IMG/VR virus record: IMGVR_UViG_3300030450_002092
Span: 1-58,918 of that record
DNA from: a virus
Taxonomy: Duplodnaviria; Caudoviricetes
DNA length: 58,918 nucleotides
Strand: one strand, 5' to 3'
This document shows positions 20,323 through 31,588 of this stretch, in pieces. Within the stretch, counting starts at the first letter, position 1, and each line of letters starts with the position of its first letter. The position numbers and the translations under genes are program-made. The notes under the pieces were generated by a model. The model saw only the letters and a program-made list of their open reading frames with translations. It had not been told where the DNA came from and ran no database searches.

Positions 20323-22476
20323 ATGGCAAAAACTTATTACGGATACGCACAAAGAGAAGCAGCAGAAGGAGTAGACTGGAGCGGGGTTGCTCGTAAGTTT
20401 ACGAACATGCTTGAAATGGAGCAAGAGGCTAGGGAGCAAGACCAGGCAGCACTTGACAAAGCAGATACTGATTTAGCTACTACACTACAAACTGCTCCCA
20501 ACGGAGAAACTCAAGAGCTACACAACTACATGTTAGACTATGCTAACAACGCTTCTAATTACCAACTTATGTTAAAGCGTTCTGTAGACAATGGGAATAT
20601 GAGTAAAAAACAATATACTCAAGCTATCAATAACTTAATGGCTGGAACAAATCAAGCTATATCTTTAGTTACGAAATACAATGACTTTGCTGCAAAACAA
20701 GCTGAAAAAATAAAAAACCAAACAATGCCTGGGCAAAAGCTATATGAAAATGAATTGTTAGAAACAATGTTAGATTTTTCTAATACGGCATTATATATAG
20801 ACCCTGTAACATTTAAAGTTTCACAAGGTAAAACAGTAGAAAAAACAATAGGTACAGGTGCGGATGCAAAAACTGTTAGAACAATGTCTACAAATACAGG
20901 AGACTTTAGACCTGTTGCTATTATGACTAGGTGGATGGGAGAAGATTATGATAAGTTCGATATGAGTGCTGCTGTTACAGACATAGCAGCAGGTATGGCT
21001 ACTACTTATGAAACGCTATCTAAAGAGAAAGGTATTAGCGAACAAGACGATGTGCGTCTTAACGAAAATTATAACAACCAATTAGATGCCAGAGTTAACT
21101 CATTCTTAGAAGACCCAAAAAATGTTACAAGTTTATTATATGATTACGCTGGTGTGGCAGAGAATGAATTACCGTTTCAATTTACTACTGATGAATCCAA
21201 AAAGAACGAAGCTAATATGATTTATATTCAGCCTAATAAAAGAGGTGGGTATGATTTAGATTTAGATTCAGCACATGGTAGAAAACTTAAAAAAGCTGCG
21301 GCAGAATTATTAAAAGGCGCAGTAGATGTAAAACTACCTAGAAAAATTACACCTGCTAAAACTGGTGGGGGTACTTTTGATGAAGGTTATGCTAACTGGA
21401 AAAAGGATTTAAATAAAGATAGTTTAGCAGCGGTTAACTGGATGGAGTTAAAAAACGCAGATGATTTAGAATCTTGGACTTCGGCCAAAAATTACTGGTT
21501 AGGTAAACAAATTAAAAGTGGTAATAGTTTTGCAGAAATTGCTGACATTCGAATTAATGACAATAACGATGGTATTGAGATAGTAATAAACCAAGATGAA
21601 GGGGGTCAAAGAACTATACCTGCAAGCTTTGGAGATAATTCATCTTGGATGAATCAAGGTGCTGGCGGAGTATTGCAAGATGTAGATGTATTAAGTTTAA
21701 TAAATAATAAGCAGTTTAACCAAAACTTTATGCAGGGCAATAGAAAACTTGGAGAAAACAATCTTCCTGTAAACTGGTCTTCACAAGGAGCTACTAATCA
21801 AGGATGGAATTATGAAAATTTAGAAGTAGTTACTTCTGGTGGGGGGACAAAAGACGAAGTACTCGGTAGTCCTTTGGATTTAATTACTCAAACAAAACCT
21901 GATTCAGCGGATGATGTTGTTACCGTGCTAACTACAATATTTAACACAACCCCTGCTAACAATCGACAAATGTTATCAGACCAAAGCTTAGAACCAGTAA
22001 CACACAAAGGCACTGAGTATACAGAAGTTTACTACCCTGAGTTTATGACGGCTCCTATATATATAAATTCAGAAGATAATAACTATAACAAGTTAAATTC
22101 TATTGTGAAAAAACTGTACGATGCGTCAGCAAAACAAGAAATGCTAAGGCCTAATGATTTCAAGTCTGTTTTAGGTGATGATTTTTCAGTACAAGAGTCT
22201 ATTATGACGAATCGAATTACGAAAAAGGAAATTCCAGATTCAGGAAGAAATAAAAATATAGTAAGTTGGAATAAGGGTGATGGTAGATTAATAGTAACTA
22301 ACAGAATTCAAAAAGATAACCCGTTAGTACCAGAAGATATAGAGATAGCAGGTTATGTTATCGGTGAAAAACCTGACCCTAATAAAATAAAAGCAGCTAA
22401 TCCAGAGTTAAATTACACTCAAGTAATTGAGTTATATAATCAGGCAGCAGAACATTATAAATTATACAATAAATAG
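20323..22476 (+). CDS. internal virion/ejection protein 2 (putative)
   Basis: 717-aa helical protein between two other ejection-type genes. Confidence 0.55.
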   Translation: MAKTYYGYAQREAAEGVDWSGVARKFTNMLEMEQEAREQDQAALDKADTDLATTLQTAPNGETQELHNYMLDYANNASNYQLMLKRSVDNGNMSKKQYTQAINNLMAGTNQAISLVTKYNDFAAKQAEKIKNQTMPGQKLYENELLETMLDFSNTALYIDPVTFKVSQGKTVEKTIGTGADAKTVRTMSTNTGDFRPVAIMTRWMGEDYDKFDMSAAVTDIAAGMATTYETLSKEKGISEQDDVRLNENYNNQLDARVNSFLEDPKNVTSLLYDYAGVAENELPFQFTTDESKKNEANMIYIQPNKRGGYDLDLDSAHGRKLKKAAAELLKGAVDVKLPRKITPAKTGGGTFDEGYANWKKDLNKDSLAAVNWMELKNADDLESWTSAKNYWLGKQIKSGNSFAEIADIRINDNNDGIEIVINQDEGGQRTIPASFGDNSSWMNQGAGGVLQDVDVLSLINNKQFNQNFMQGNRKLGENNLPVNWSSQGATNQGWNYENLEVVTSGGGTKDEVLGSPLDLITQTKPDSADDVVTVLTTIFNTTPANNRQMLSDQSLEPVTHKGTEYTEVYYPEFMTAPIYINSEDNNYNKLNSIVKKLYDASAKQEMLRPNDFKSVLGDDFSVQESIMTNRITKKEIPDSGRNKNIVSWNKGDGRLIVTNRIQKDNPLVPEDIEIAGYVIGEKPDPNKIKAANPELNYTQVIELYNQAAEHYKLYNK

Positions 22477-22484
22477 TTTAGAGT

Positions 22485-25400
22485 ATGGACGAGTTAAGTT
22501 TTTCTGACTTATATCAGGTTTTAGAATCTCCTGATATGTTTAATTCTCCCGAGCAATTAACCCAGTTTTTTGGTGGTGACTACTCTGTTGAAGATTTGTA
22601 TACTGTAGTAGATAAAGAAACTTTTCCCACGCTACAATCTTTTCAAGAATTTTTTAATTTACCTATGACTAATCCAGCAGGGGAAGAAATGGATTTTTCT
22701 GAGCAAGACAGGGGTACAACAGGTGTTAAGGATTGGTTTAAAAAAGCGTCCGAAAAACTATTAGGCATGAACCCTGATGAAGATGCTAAAGCTAGAGAAA
22801 AAACTAGGGATAGTATTATAAGTGCAGAAACGGAGAAATATAAAAATGATAAAACTATTGATGTAATATCTGTATCAGGTGCTCCTATAAGAGATTACAA
22901 GGATGTAGTAAAAGAAGAAACTACAGAAGAATTTCTGCCTAAGAAAAAAAAAACAAAGAACGAGGTTGCTCAAGAATTAAGAACTTCTTTAGAAATAGAA
23001 TATGACCCAAAAGATTATATTAAAAACTATCCTGCACCTAACGACCAAGGTCTAAACCCTAAAGGTGAGCCTAAATTTGAAACAATGGAAGAATATCAAG
23101 CTTTCATTGAAGAAGAAGTAAATGTAGGTCTAAATCAAATAATAGGTTTTGCTGGCGATAAGGGTGAGCAGATATTTGCGTTTGATGCTAATAGTAACGA
23201 GGGTTTTCAAAACAATGTATCAACTGCTCTAGATAACGTAGGATTTACAGACACCGAAAATACCACTGAATTAAAACAATATCAAGACGATTATCAACAA
23301 CGTCTTAGAAACACTATAGGTAAATATGGTTTTTTAATTGAAAAGCCTATATCTTTTAATATGGGTATGGGTAGTGTTAGTGAATTTTTTGACTTGACTA
23401 ATTATACACCAGATGATTTAAAAAAAGAACTGCAAGGTAAAAGAGAGACAGTGGCTACAAAAAACCCTGACCAATACCTAACTATTACTTCTTTAGATGG
23501 AAGCGACCAGTTTAATTTAAATATAGCTAATCCAAGTAAAGAAGAATTAGCTCTGTTTGAAAAGTTTGTTAATGACAAAGCCCGTTTTCCTGAGGAGCCT
23601 AACCCTGAGGAAAGTAATATTGCTAAAGCGCTTGATATTAAAAATGCGAGAACAGGCAAACGTTTTAATTTAGATACTGGAGATTATTCTTCCCATAAAA
23701 TGATAAGTGTTGAAATAGATGGAAAGTATTATGCTATGCCTTCACTGTATCCTAAAGACCCTAACGTACAATCTACTTATGAAGATAGGTGGGTAGAGTT
23801 CGACCCTGAAACTCAGCTAGACGAAATTATAGAAATGGCTAATCAAAGAGGAGAAAAGTATGCGTTTGAAACACAAGAAGAAGCAGAAGCTTTTGCTGAA
23901 GGGGCATGGAAAGATTATAATACTGTAGACCTAGAAAAAGAAAGATTTTTTCAAGCACACGGTTTTGAAGATTATGATGGCATGATGGAAGCTGTTAATG
24001 ATTATGATGCTATCCGAGACGAAATATTACTCATTAATGAAATTCAAGGAATGGCTAGTCAGCAAGATTCGCAGTTTACAAAAAGAATTGGGAGAGCATT
24101 GGGTGTAGATGAAGAAACATTACTTGCAGCGGGAGGTGATGCAATTCTAGGTGACTACGCTGCCCTAGACCCAAAGAGCAAAGTGGCTGTAGGGTACATT
24201 GACCGAGAGAACTTTCAGTTTGTCAAAGGCGAGAGACCTTGGTTGAGTAATGCTACACAGGTTTATGGCGGTAATGAACTTATTGTGGATAAAGCAACTA
24301 TTGACAAATACCCTAAGCTTTTTGGTAAGGACGGCAGGATGAGGCGTGATTGGTCAGAAAGAAAAGTAGAGCTTGAGAAGATGAGAGACAATCTTTACAA
24401 TATTACACAAGATAAAAAATTTCAAGATGTTAGTTTACAATGGGACTTAGAAGCAGCCAAAAGAAGAGAAGCATATACTATAGAGGCAATTAACACAAAA
24501 AACAATGCTAATATGGGCTTAAAAGCTTTAGACCAATTAAGTATAGAGGCATTTGGTGTTAGTTCAAACGAATTAGAAAACTATCGCCTAAATAATTTAG
24601 CTAGTCTGGATGAGCAACAGATAGAAATAATGGACTATATAACGTTAGCCAAGGGTGAGCTTGAGGCGCAAAAAATTTATGCTGCTGACCAATACATAAT
24701 AAGTCAAACTTATTTAAATTCAAAATCAATAAAAGAAGCAAGGGGTGTGGTTTTAGAAGATTTCTGGCCTCAAGTAAAAAACGAATGGATAACTCGTGGA
24801 GAAAGAGGAAAAGCCGCAGAGTATTTGTTAGCAATGTCTCTGTTTAGTGAGAACCCTGTTAAGATGCAAGAGCTTATGGGTATGAGTAGAAAAGAGGTGG
24901 CGATAGAAGTTTCTAAACATTTAGAAAACTCTGTAACTAAGAGTGAAGGAATGAGTAAAGAAATGCTGGAGTGGAATAAAGCCAAAGGTTGGACTGAAGC
25001 AGCAAATGTCTTTATGGATAATCCGCTAGATATGGGTGCTTCATTAGCAGCAGGTTCTTTTTCAGAAATGTTACCGTACGGTTTAAAAATTATCCCTGGC
25101 TTTGGTATTGTTGGTGGAACTACAGGATTCCTTGATGCTAAATTGAGACGTAAAAGAGGCTTTAGAACTCGTGGTCAAACTAATTTTGGGCAAAAAGTTA
25201 TAGGAGCAGGAAAGAAATTAAATCCTAAGGCTTGGGCAAGAGAAAATGCAGATTTAGTTATAGGAGCACTTGGTGGAACGGTAAAAGGAACAATGCTTGG
25301 TGGGTCTGCTACTATATTAGCAATGGAATACACCACCGCTATATTTGAAGCAGCTACTGCAAATGGTTATGATATATTTGACGCAGAAGAAATGTTAATG

Positions 25401-28400
25401 GCAATGAATGACCCTAATGTGTGGAATGAAGGAAGAAGCGTAGGATTGGCTAGAGGTATACCTATTGCTGTTGTAGACTATTTAAGTGCACGTACAGCTG
25501 GTAAATTATTTATAGGCAAAGGAGGATTATTTCACGCGGGTTCAAGAGCAGAAGCTTGGAGAAGGGCTGGTTTAGTTATAGCAGAAAGAGCTATTGTTGA
25601 CCCAGCAGCTGAAGCTTATGGTGAATATTTAGCGCAATCTGCTAATGCATTATTAAACGGTAAAACATTTAGAGCTGATGAAATAGCTCTAGAAGCTATA
25701 GGTGCGTTTGGAAGTAATACTAGTAATGCTGTTATGAATCTAACTATGACTGCTTTAAAAAATGAACACATATTAAAAGCCAAACAAATGGGAGATACGC
25801 AGTACTATTCTGGCTCTACATTTAACAACGAACAAACCACTAACTGGGCGAATAATATGCGTAAGATTGGGTATATTGATGGGAATACAGAAGAAAAGAT
25901 TCAGAAAAATATTGGGTACAAAAGAGACGCTCAACTGTTGCTGGGATTAGGAGAGAAGGGTGTGGCTAGTACAGAGTTGTTGCCTGTGCAAACTAAAATG
26001 ATGGATATTTTTAATGCTAAAAATCAACTCTCACAGAATGAATTAACAAAACAATTATTTGGAAAACAAATAAGAGTCTTAAACCAAGAACTATCAAACC
26101 TTGCTACACAAAAACAAGTTGTTGCGGGTGAAGAAACTGAAGAGGCGAATAAAATTGTTAATGAAGTTTTAGGGAGAACAGAAGAAAGTCCAGGTGATTT
26201 ACAATTAAGCCAAAGCCCCATAGCTGATTTATTTACTAATGACCAAACATTTAACACAGAAGAAATAGCTTTTGATAAAGTTTCTTTGGAAGACATAAAA
26301 GAAAAGAGAATTCCAGGGGGCACAACCCGTGATGTATATGATATAGGAAACAATAAAGTTATTAAAATTGCAAAGAACCCCAGAGGTTTACAACAGAACA
26401 CATCGTTGAATTACGGGGATTTAAATATACTTGGGCCTTTTGTCCCTAATATATTTGAAAGAGGAGAAGATTATATAGTTGTAGAAAATGTACCTAGAAA
26501 TGATAAAGCAGTAAGAGAATTTTTAAAACCTTTGCAGAAGTTTTCGCAAACAGATTTTGATAACAGAGGCAGTGAAGTTCAAGAAGTAATGGAGGAAATG
26601 GGATTGTCAGATTTTTTTAATTACGATGTGTTGTGGAATGATTTTAAATCTAGAAGAAACTGGGGTCAAAGAGAAAACGGAGAGTTTGTATTAGTAGATG
26701 AAGGTGCGTTAAATAAAAATGTAACAGCTAGGTCAGAAGTTCCTGCTTGGGCTAGAGAAGACTGGGAAAATATTAAAAGAAGAAGAAAAGGAGACGGGGG
26801 TGTTCAATTAAGTCAGGCTGTTGCTCCTTTAGAAAACACGCTACTTGACTATCAATACGACAAAGAAACTGGTTATTTTCCTTCTACCATTGACAACGTT
26901 CAAAAACTTGAAATTATTGTCGAAAGATATGGATATGATTTAATATCAACGCAAACAGAAAGAGGTGAACAAGCTGGATACTATTTAGCACCTGTAGGTT
27001 CCAGAATAAAACAAGACCCATTCAAAGGTAAAGAATTAACTAGAGTACAAAGACAAGAGCCTGATGCTAGTCCTGAAACTAGAGAAGAACTTGTAGCCTT
27101 GTTACAAAAAGCTTTCCCAGGCACGCAGGTATACGACAACCAAGAAGAATTTGAAAAAGCTCTTAAAGACCCAGGTGTAGTTAAAAGAACTACTAAAGAT
27201 GGTTATGTAGCTTATGGAGCTACCCGTGATGGTAAAATATATTTAAACCCTGATGATAAAACATTAGAACTTCCTCTCCATGAATTTGGCCATATATATG
27301 TAGACTATTTAAAATCAAACCAATCGGGTGCAAAAGGAACAGCATTATATAAGAGAGGATTACAGCTTATTACATCTACAGAAGATGGAGAGAAAATATA
27401 CAATCAACAAGTAAAAATATATGGCGAAGGAGACCAGGCTAGGGAAGAGGCTTTAATTATATATATAGCGCAAGAAGGAGCAAAGAAAACTAAAGAGGCA
27501 GAAAGGCAAACCAAAAATAAATTATATAAGTGGTATGAAGCTCTTATGAACTTTATAAAAAATGCTTATTTAAAAGCTAAAGACTTTTTTAAATCACCAA
27601 CCTTTGAACAAGACGTAAAAGGAATGTCTTTAACTGACTTTGTGAATATGGCGTTAGGAGATTTATTGGGAGGTGAAGTAGTTGTAGAAGATGTGATTGT
27701 AGATGAAACAGGTCAAACTAAACTAGCACTGTCTCAGCAAAAAAAAGTGCCACGTGGTAGTAATATGGTGGAAGTGGTAACTGAAGCTAGAGAGTTAGGT
27801 ATATCAGATGACCAAATTAAAGCTGTGTTAGTTGAAAGAGTTAATCGTGGTGAAAACATAGGCGTGCGTGGGGAAGAAAGGTTTACCCGTCAAGATATAA
27901 ATGATGCCTTCACAGCATTACCAACTGAGATAGTTTCACTACCCCCAGCATTTAGAAATATTGAGGGAGGCTTCTTTAGAGGTATGGCTTTATTTACTGA
28001 AGTACAAAACATTGTTAACAAAGCTATCGGGGTTGGTACCACAACCGAAGTAAGAAAAAGACACATAGATTCTGTAAAGAAAAGATTTCCTAAAGCTACT
28101 AAGGGTAAATCTACCGCACAAATATTAAGATTATTTCCAATAGATGAAACCATATTAGAAGGTTTAAAATCACCAGCAGAAATTCGTAAGATAGGTTTAG
28201 ACGCATTGAAAGCAAGTCCTCTTTATGCTGCTCAATCACCTAAAGTTCAAGAACAATTAGTTGTCGATTACGACAAAGAGTTAGGTATAAGAGCAAACAG
28301 AAACGTACAACTTGAGGTTAACAAAATAAAAAACACTTTGCGTGCTAGAAAACAAGGGGCTAAAGATGTTGCAACAGCTAAAAAAGATTTAGCAAAACTT

Positions 28401-31400
28401 ATAAATTTAATATTTCCTAAAACAGACTTAATAAACAGAAGCGATTTAACTTACATGAATAATCGTATAGCTGCTGTTAATGATGCCAACCAACTTGCAG
28501 AAATAGAAAACGTATTAAGCCGTATTGCTAAAGTTGAAGATAGAATTAAAAAAGATTTAATTTCTAAGATAAAAAAACTTATTCAAAATCAATCTAAAAC
28601 TAATGTAACGGCAACAGGAAAAACCCGTAAAGGTGCGCAAATAGATGTCACAACAAAAGAGTTTTTTGTAGCAGCTAAAGCTTTACTTGACACCTACGAT
28701 ACACCTCAAGGTTTAGAGATTTTTGCAAAAGAAATGAATGAGTTAGCTAATTTAGAAAACACAATATCTAAACTAAGAGATAAAGAAAATAAAACAAGAG
28801 AAGACAGGGAACTAATAGCCAGGGCCGATGCGTTTAGTGTGCTGGGAGATTTACATCAAATGAATTTAGCTGAGGTAGAACAGTTGTTTGATGATTTAAA
28901 AAATAAAAGACAATTAGGAAGAAGTTTACATCAAGCTGAACAAGAGGAAAGAAAAGCAGAGCTGGCAAAGTTAGAACAAGAAGCTGATGAGCAAATTAAA
29001 AAAACAAATAAAGATTTATTTTTCGAAGATGGTACCCCGAAAAATCAAGACACTTTAAATAGTGAAGGAAGAAATGCGTTGGCGGGATACAAGAAGAGTG
29101 GCTTTGTAAATTCAATGAAAAAACTACAAAAAAACTTTTTAGACTTTGATAATTTTAAAAGAGTGATGCAGGAAATGAAGTTAAACGCATATGATATGAT
29201 GGCAATGGGGCACGTTTTATATTCTTCATTAGATAACAGAAATGGTAAATTTTTATTAAACAATATCTATTATAGACTAACTGATGCAGAAGAAAATTAT
29301 AACTCTATTTTCTTTGATTTTCGTGACAGATTAACTGAAATAGCTCATGAAGTTCTGGGTAAAAAGAAGTATAGTAATATCCTGGCAGAAAGGTTTGGTT
29401 TAAAATGGAATGATGTAGACGCTTACCAATATATAACTGTTTTGGCTGATAATGGTAAAACGATATTAATAGAGGGTGTTAACCCCCAAAATAAATTATC
29501 AACTCAAAACACGCCTCTAACCACTAGTGAAGCTATGCGTATAATTGCTTTATGGAAAAACCCTGAGAGTAAAATTATTTTGCAAAATGATGGGTTTACA
29601 CAAGAAAAAATTAACAAACTAGAAAAGTTTATCGGTAAAGATTTAACAACTTTTGTAGATAAAGTAGTTGGCTTTTTAACCGATGAAGTATATCCAATTA
29701 TAAATGCTAAACATCGAGAGATATATGGAGTGAACTTGCCGTTCAGAGAATTGTATTTTCCTAGAGCAACACAACCTATTATTGGGCAGCCTAAAAGTTA
29801 CGGCTTTGATGTTGACGCACAATCTAATTTAAACGCTATTCGCTCTATGTTGCCTGGAAGCTTGTCAGAAACGGCTAGCCCAAATAACCTGAGAATGATA
29901 TTAACCGATATGAATTTCTTTAATACTTTAGATAATTACATAGATGATGTAGCTAGGTGGACGGGTTATGCAACCGATGTAAAAATTATAGAAGGAATTA
30001 TCTCTATGCCATCAGTAGAAGCGTTGCTTTCTACTACTGGAATGAAAGAAATGATTATATATAATATAAATGTAGCTATAGACCCATCAGGAAAAACACG
30101 AACCCCTAATAAAACCAGAGCTATTTCAAATGGTATAAGTATGGTTACTAGTTATTTCTTATCACTACATCCGATGCAGTACTTAAAGCAAGCGTCTTCA
30201 GTTGTTATGGCTTACCCATTATATAATAATCCCAAGTTTAAAGTATTTAAACAAACAAAAAAAGCAGGGGATACTCTTTTTACAGGTAGCGGTATTAAAA
30301 ATATCGCCACTAACACCGTAGAATTATTATGGAATACAGCAGCTTTTGCATTAAACGAACCTGCAAACATATCTGCATTTATGACGCAAATAGTAAAAGA
30401 GTTTGCTCCAGGGAACTATGCAAAAAACAAAGAACTCGCTAAAAAAATATCAGCTACTTTCAGAAAAAGAAATTGGGAGTCTAAATCAGGAAATTTGTAC
30501 ATGTTGTATACAGGTAGAGAAAGAGCTGATTTAATAGACAGCACTCCCGAAGGGATTGAAAGAAAAAAGCGTGCTCAAAGTTATGATATTATAAAAAAAG
30601 CATTTGGTTTCTTTACTTCAGAAGGAGATTTAGCTGGGGCTATGGGGTATATTATTGTATACAAAAATATGATAGCCAATGGGTTTACACATGAAGAAGC
30701 GTTAAGAGTATTTAACGATTATAATTTAACTAATCAGTCACGTAGAGGTATAGATAAGCCAGGGCTACAATCCCAAAAAAGTGGTACTGCACAAGTGTTT
30801 TCAGCATTTACAACCACCCCAATACAAATTCTTAACAATACTTATTTAAGTTTTATGAATTTCTTTAAAGACGTATTTAGAAATGTAACCCCTTCTGGAA
30901 AAGACTTTAACACGTTTGGGTGGGTAGGGTTTATTTCTGTTATGCTCTTCCATGCGGTTTCATCTATGTGGTTATTATTGCTAGGAGACAAAGACGATAG
31001 AGAAAAGTTTTGGGAACAAGTTTTAAAGTGGCACGGTATACAAGCAATGATGGATGCTATACCTATGGTGAATGAAACTATTTCGGCATTTATAAATGAA
31101 GTTGAAGGAACACCTTATAAAAAAGGAAAAGACTCTACAACGATGCCTCCAGTTGAAGTTGCGGAAGAATTAGGTAAGTGGGTTAGAAATGAGGAAGGCA
31201 GAAATATATTTGAACAAACCCTTAAAGCACTTTATGAGTTTACTCAATTCAGAGTAAGAGCTCAGTTTGATATTTTTGAATATCCATTACAGCAAGCAGT
31301 TGAGGGGGAGAACCATTGGGTATATGATTTCCTACGAATGATGCGTGTACCTAAAAGCAGAATACCTGCGCGCTTCCTTCCAAAACAAGGTGGTGAAGGT

Positions 31401-31445
31401 CGAAGAAAGACTTATAAGAAAAAGAAAAGAACGAGACAAAAATAA
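22485..31445 (+). CDS. giant multidomain (polyvalent-type) internal virion protein with kinase-like and zincin metallopeptidase domains
   Basis: Gly/Ala hydrophobic region ~24.8-25.8 kb; kinase-like 'GGTTRDVY..VIKIAK..ND....NWG..LVDEG' ~26310-26705; 'IYLN...PLHEFGH...EEA' with HEFGH at 27279-27293. Confidence 0.75.
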   Translation: MDELSFSDLYQVLESPDMFNSPEQLTQFFGGDYSVEDLYTVVDKETFPTLQSFQEFFNLPMTNPAGEEMDFSEQDRGTTGVKDWFKKASEKLLGMNPDEDAKAREKTRDSIISAETEKYKNDKTIDVISVSGAPIRDYKDVVKEETTEEFLPKKKKTKNEVAQELRTSLEIEYDPKDYIKNYPAPNDQGLNPKGEPKFETMEEYQAFIEEEVNVGLNQIIGFAGDKGEQIFAFDANSNEGFQNNVSTALDNVGFTDTENTTELKQYQDDYQQRLRNTIGKYGFLIEKPISFNMGMGSVSEFFDLTNYTPDDLKKELQGKRETVATKNPDQYLTITSLDGSDQFNLNIANPSKEELALFEKFVNDKARFPEEPNPEESNIAKALDIKNARTGKRFNLDTGDYSSHKMISVEIDGKYYAMPSLYPKDPNVQSTYEDRWVEFDPETQLDEIIEMANQRGEKYAFETQEEAEAFAEGAWKDYNTVDLEKERFFQAHGFEDYDGMMEAVNDYDAIRDEILLINEIQGMASQQDSQFTKRIGRALGVDEETLLAAGGDAILGDYAALDPKSKVAVGYIDRENFQFVKGERPWLSNATQVYGGNELIVDKATIDKYPKLFGKDGRMRRDWSERKVELEKMRDNLYNITQDKKFQDVSLQWDLEAAKRREAYTIEAINTKNNANMGLKALDQLSIEAFGVSSNELENYRLNNLASLDEQQIEIMDYITLAKGELEAQKIYAADQYIISQTYLNSKSIKEARGVVLEDFWPQVKNEWITRGERGKAAEYLLAMSLFSENPVKMQELMGMSRKEVAIEVSKHLENSVTKSEGMSKEMLEWNKAKGWTEAANVFMDNPLDMGASLAAGSFSEMLPYGLKIIPGFGIVGGTTGFLDAKLRRKRGFRTRGQTNFGQKVIGAGKKLNPKAWARENADLVIGALGGTVKGTMLGGSATILAMEYTTAIFEAATANGYDIFDAEEMLMAMNDPNVWNEGRSVGLARGIPIAVVDYLSARTAGKLFIGKGGLFHAGSRAEAWRRAGLVIAERAIVDPAAEAYGEYLAQSANALLNGKTFRADEIALEAIGAFGSNTSNAVMNLTMTALKNEHILKAKQMGDTQYYSGSTFNNEQTTNWANNMRKIGYIDGNTEEKIQKNIGYKRDAQLLLGLGEKGVASTELLPVQTKMMDIFNAKNQLSQNELTKQLFGKQIRVLNQELSNLATQKQVVAGEETEEANKIVNEVLGRTEESPGDLQLSQSPIADLFTNDQTFNTEEIAFDKVSLEDIKEKRIPGGTTRDVYDIGNNKVIKIAKNPRGLQQNTSLNYGDLNILGPFVPNIFERGEDYIVVENVPRNDKAVREFLKPLQKFSQTDFDNRGSEVQEVMEEMGLSDFFNYDVLWNDFKSRRNWGQRENGEFVLVDEGALNKNVTARSEVPAWAREDWENIKRRRKGDGGVQLSQAVAPLENTLLDYQYDKETGYFPSTIDNVQKLEIIVERYGYDLISTQTERGEQAGYYLAPVGSRIKQDPFKGKELTRVQRQEPDASPETREELVALLQKAFPGTQVYDNQEEFEKALKDPGVVKRTTKDGYVAYGATRDGKIYLNPDDKTLELPLHEFGHIYVDYLKSNQSGAKGTALYKRGLQLITSTEDGEKIYNQQVKIYGEGDQAREEALIIYIAQEGAKKTKEAERQTKNKLYKWYEALMNFIKNAYLKAKDFFKSPTFEQDVKGMSLTDFVNMALGDLLGGEVVVEDVIVDETGQTKLALSQQKKVPRGSNMVEVVTEARELGISDDQIKAVLVERVNRGENIGVRGEERFTRQDINDAFTALPTEIVSLPPAFRNIEGGFFRGMALFTEVQNIVNKAIGVGTTTEVRKRHIDSVKKRFPKATKGKSTAQILRLFPIDETILEGLKSPAEIRKIGLDALKASPLYAAQSPKVQEQLVVDYDKELGIRANRNVQLEVNKIKNTLRARKQGAKDVATAKKDLAKLINLIFPKTDLINRSDLTYMNNRIAAVNDANQLAEIENVLSRIAKVEDRIKKDLISKIKKLIQNQSKTNVTATGKTRKGAQIDVTTKEFFVAAKALLDTYDTPQGLEIFAKEMNELANLENTISKLRDKENKTREDRELIARADAFSVLGDLHQMNLAEVEQLFDDLKNKRQLGRSLHQAEQEERKAELAKLEQEADEQIKKTNKDLFFEDGTPKNQDTLNSEGRNALAGYKKSGFVNSMKKLQKNFLDFDNFKRVMQEMKLNAYDMMAMGHVLYSSLDNRNGKFLLNNIYYRLTDAEENYNSIFFDFRDRLTEIAHEVLGKKKYSNILAERFGLKWNDVDAYQYITVLADNGKTILIEGVNPQNKLSTQNTPLTTSEAMRIIALWKNPESKIILQNDGFTQEKINKLEKFIGKDLTTFVDKVVGFLTDEVYPIINAKHREIYGVNLPFRELYFPRATQPIIGQPKSYGFDVDAQSNLNAIRSMLPGSLSETASPNNLRMILTDMNFFNTLDNYIDDVARWTGYATDVKIIEGIISMPSVEALLSTTGMKEMIIYNINVAIDPSGKTRTPNKTRAISNGISMVTSYFLSLHPMQYLKQASSVVMAYPLYNNPKFKVFKQTKKAGDTLFTGSGIKNIATNTVELLWNTAAFALNEPANISAFMTQIVKEFAPGNYAKNKELAKKISATFRKRNWESKSGNLYMLYTGRERADLIDSTPEGIERKKRAQSYDIIKKAFGFFTSEGDLAGAMGYIIVYKNMIANGFTHEEALRVFNDYNLTNQSRRGIDKPGLQSQKSGTAQVFSAFTTTPIQILNNTYLSFMNFFKDVFRNVTPSGKDFNTFGWVGFISVMLFHAVSSMWLLLLGDKDDREKFWEQVLKWHGIQAMMDAIPMVNETISAFINEVEGTPYKKGKDSTTMPPVEVAEELGKWVRNEEGRNIFEQTLKALYEFTQFRVRAQFDIFEYPLQQAVEGENHWVYDFLRMMRVPKSRIPARFLPKQGGEGRRKTYKKKKRTRQK

Positions 31446-31447
31446 CT

Positions 31448-31588
31448 ATGCCATTTACTAAAATAGGAAAAAACAAATATAAAAGCCCAAGTGGAAGAAC
31501 CTTTACTGAAAAACAAGTGAAGTTATATTATGCTACTGACGGCTTTAAAAAGAAAAGACCTAAGCGTGGAGACTTTAAGAGGTCTTAA
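31448..31588 (+). CDS. small basic protein (46 aa, MPFTKIGKNKYKSPSGRTFTEKQVKLYYATDGF...), not in ORF track
   Basis: ATG 2 bp after the previous stop; fills the gap exactly to the convergent gene. Confidence 0.65.
   Translation: MPFTKIGKNKYKSPSGRTFTEKQVKLYYATDGFKKKRPKRGDFKRS

Noticed and set aside
22485-31445. crAss-like or N4-like virion RNA polymerase
   Set aside because: No DxDxD-type or T7-like polymerase motifs seen; only kinase-like and HExxH motifs
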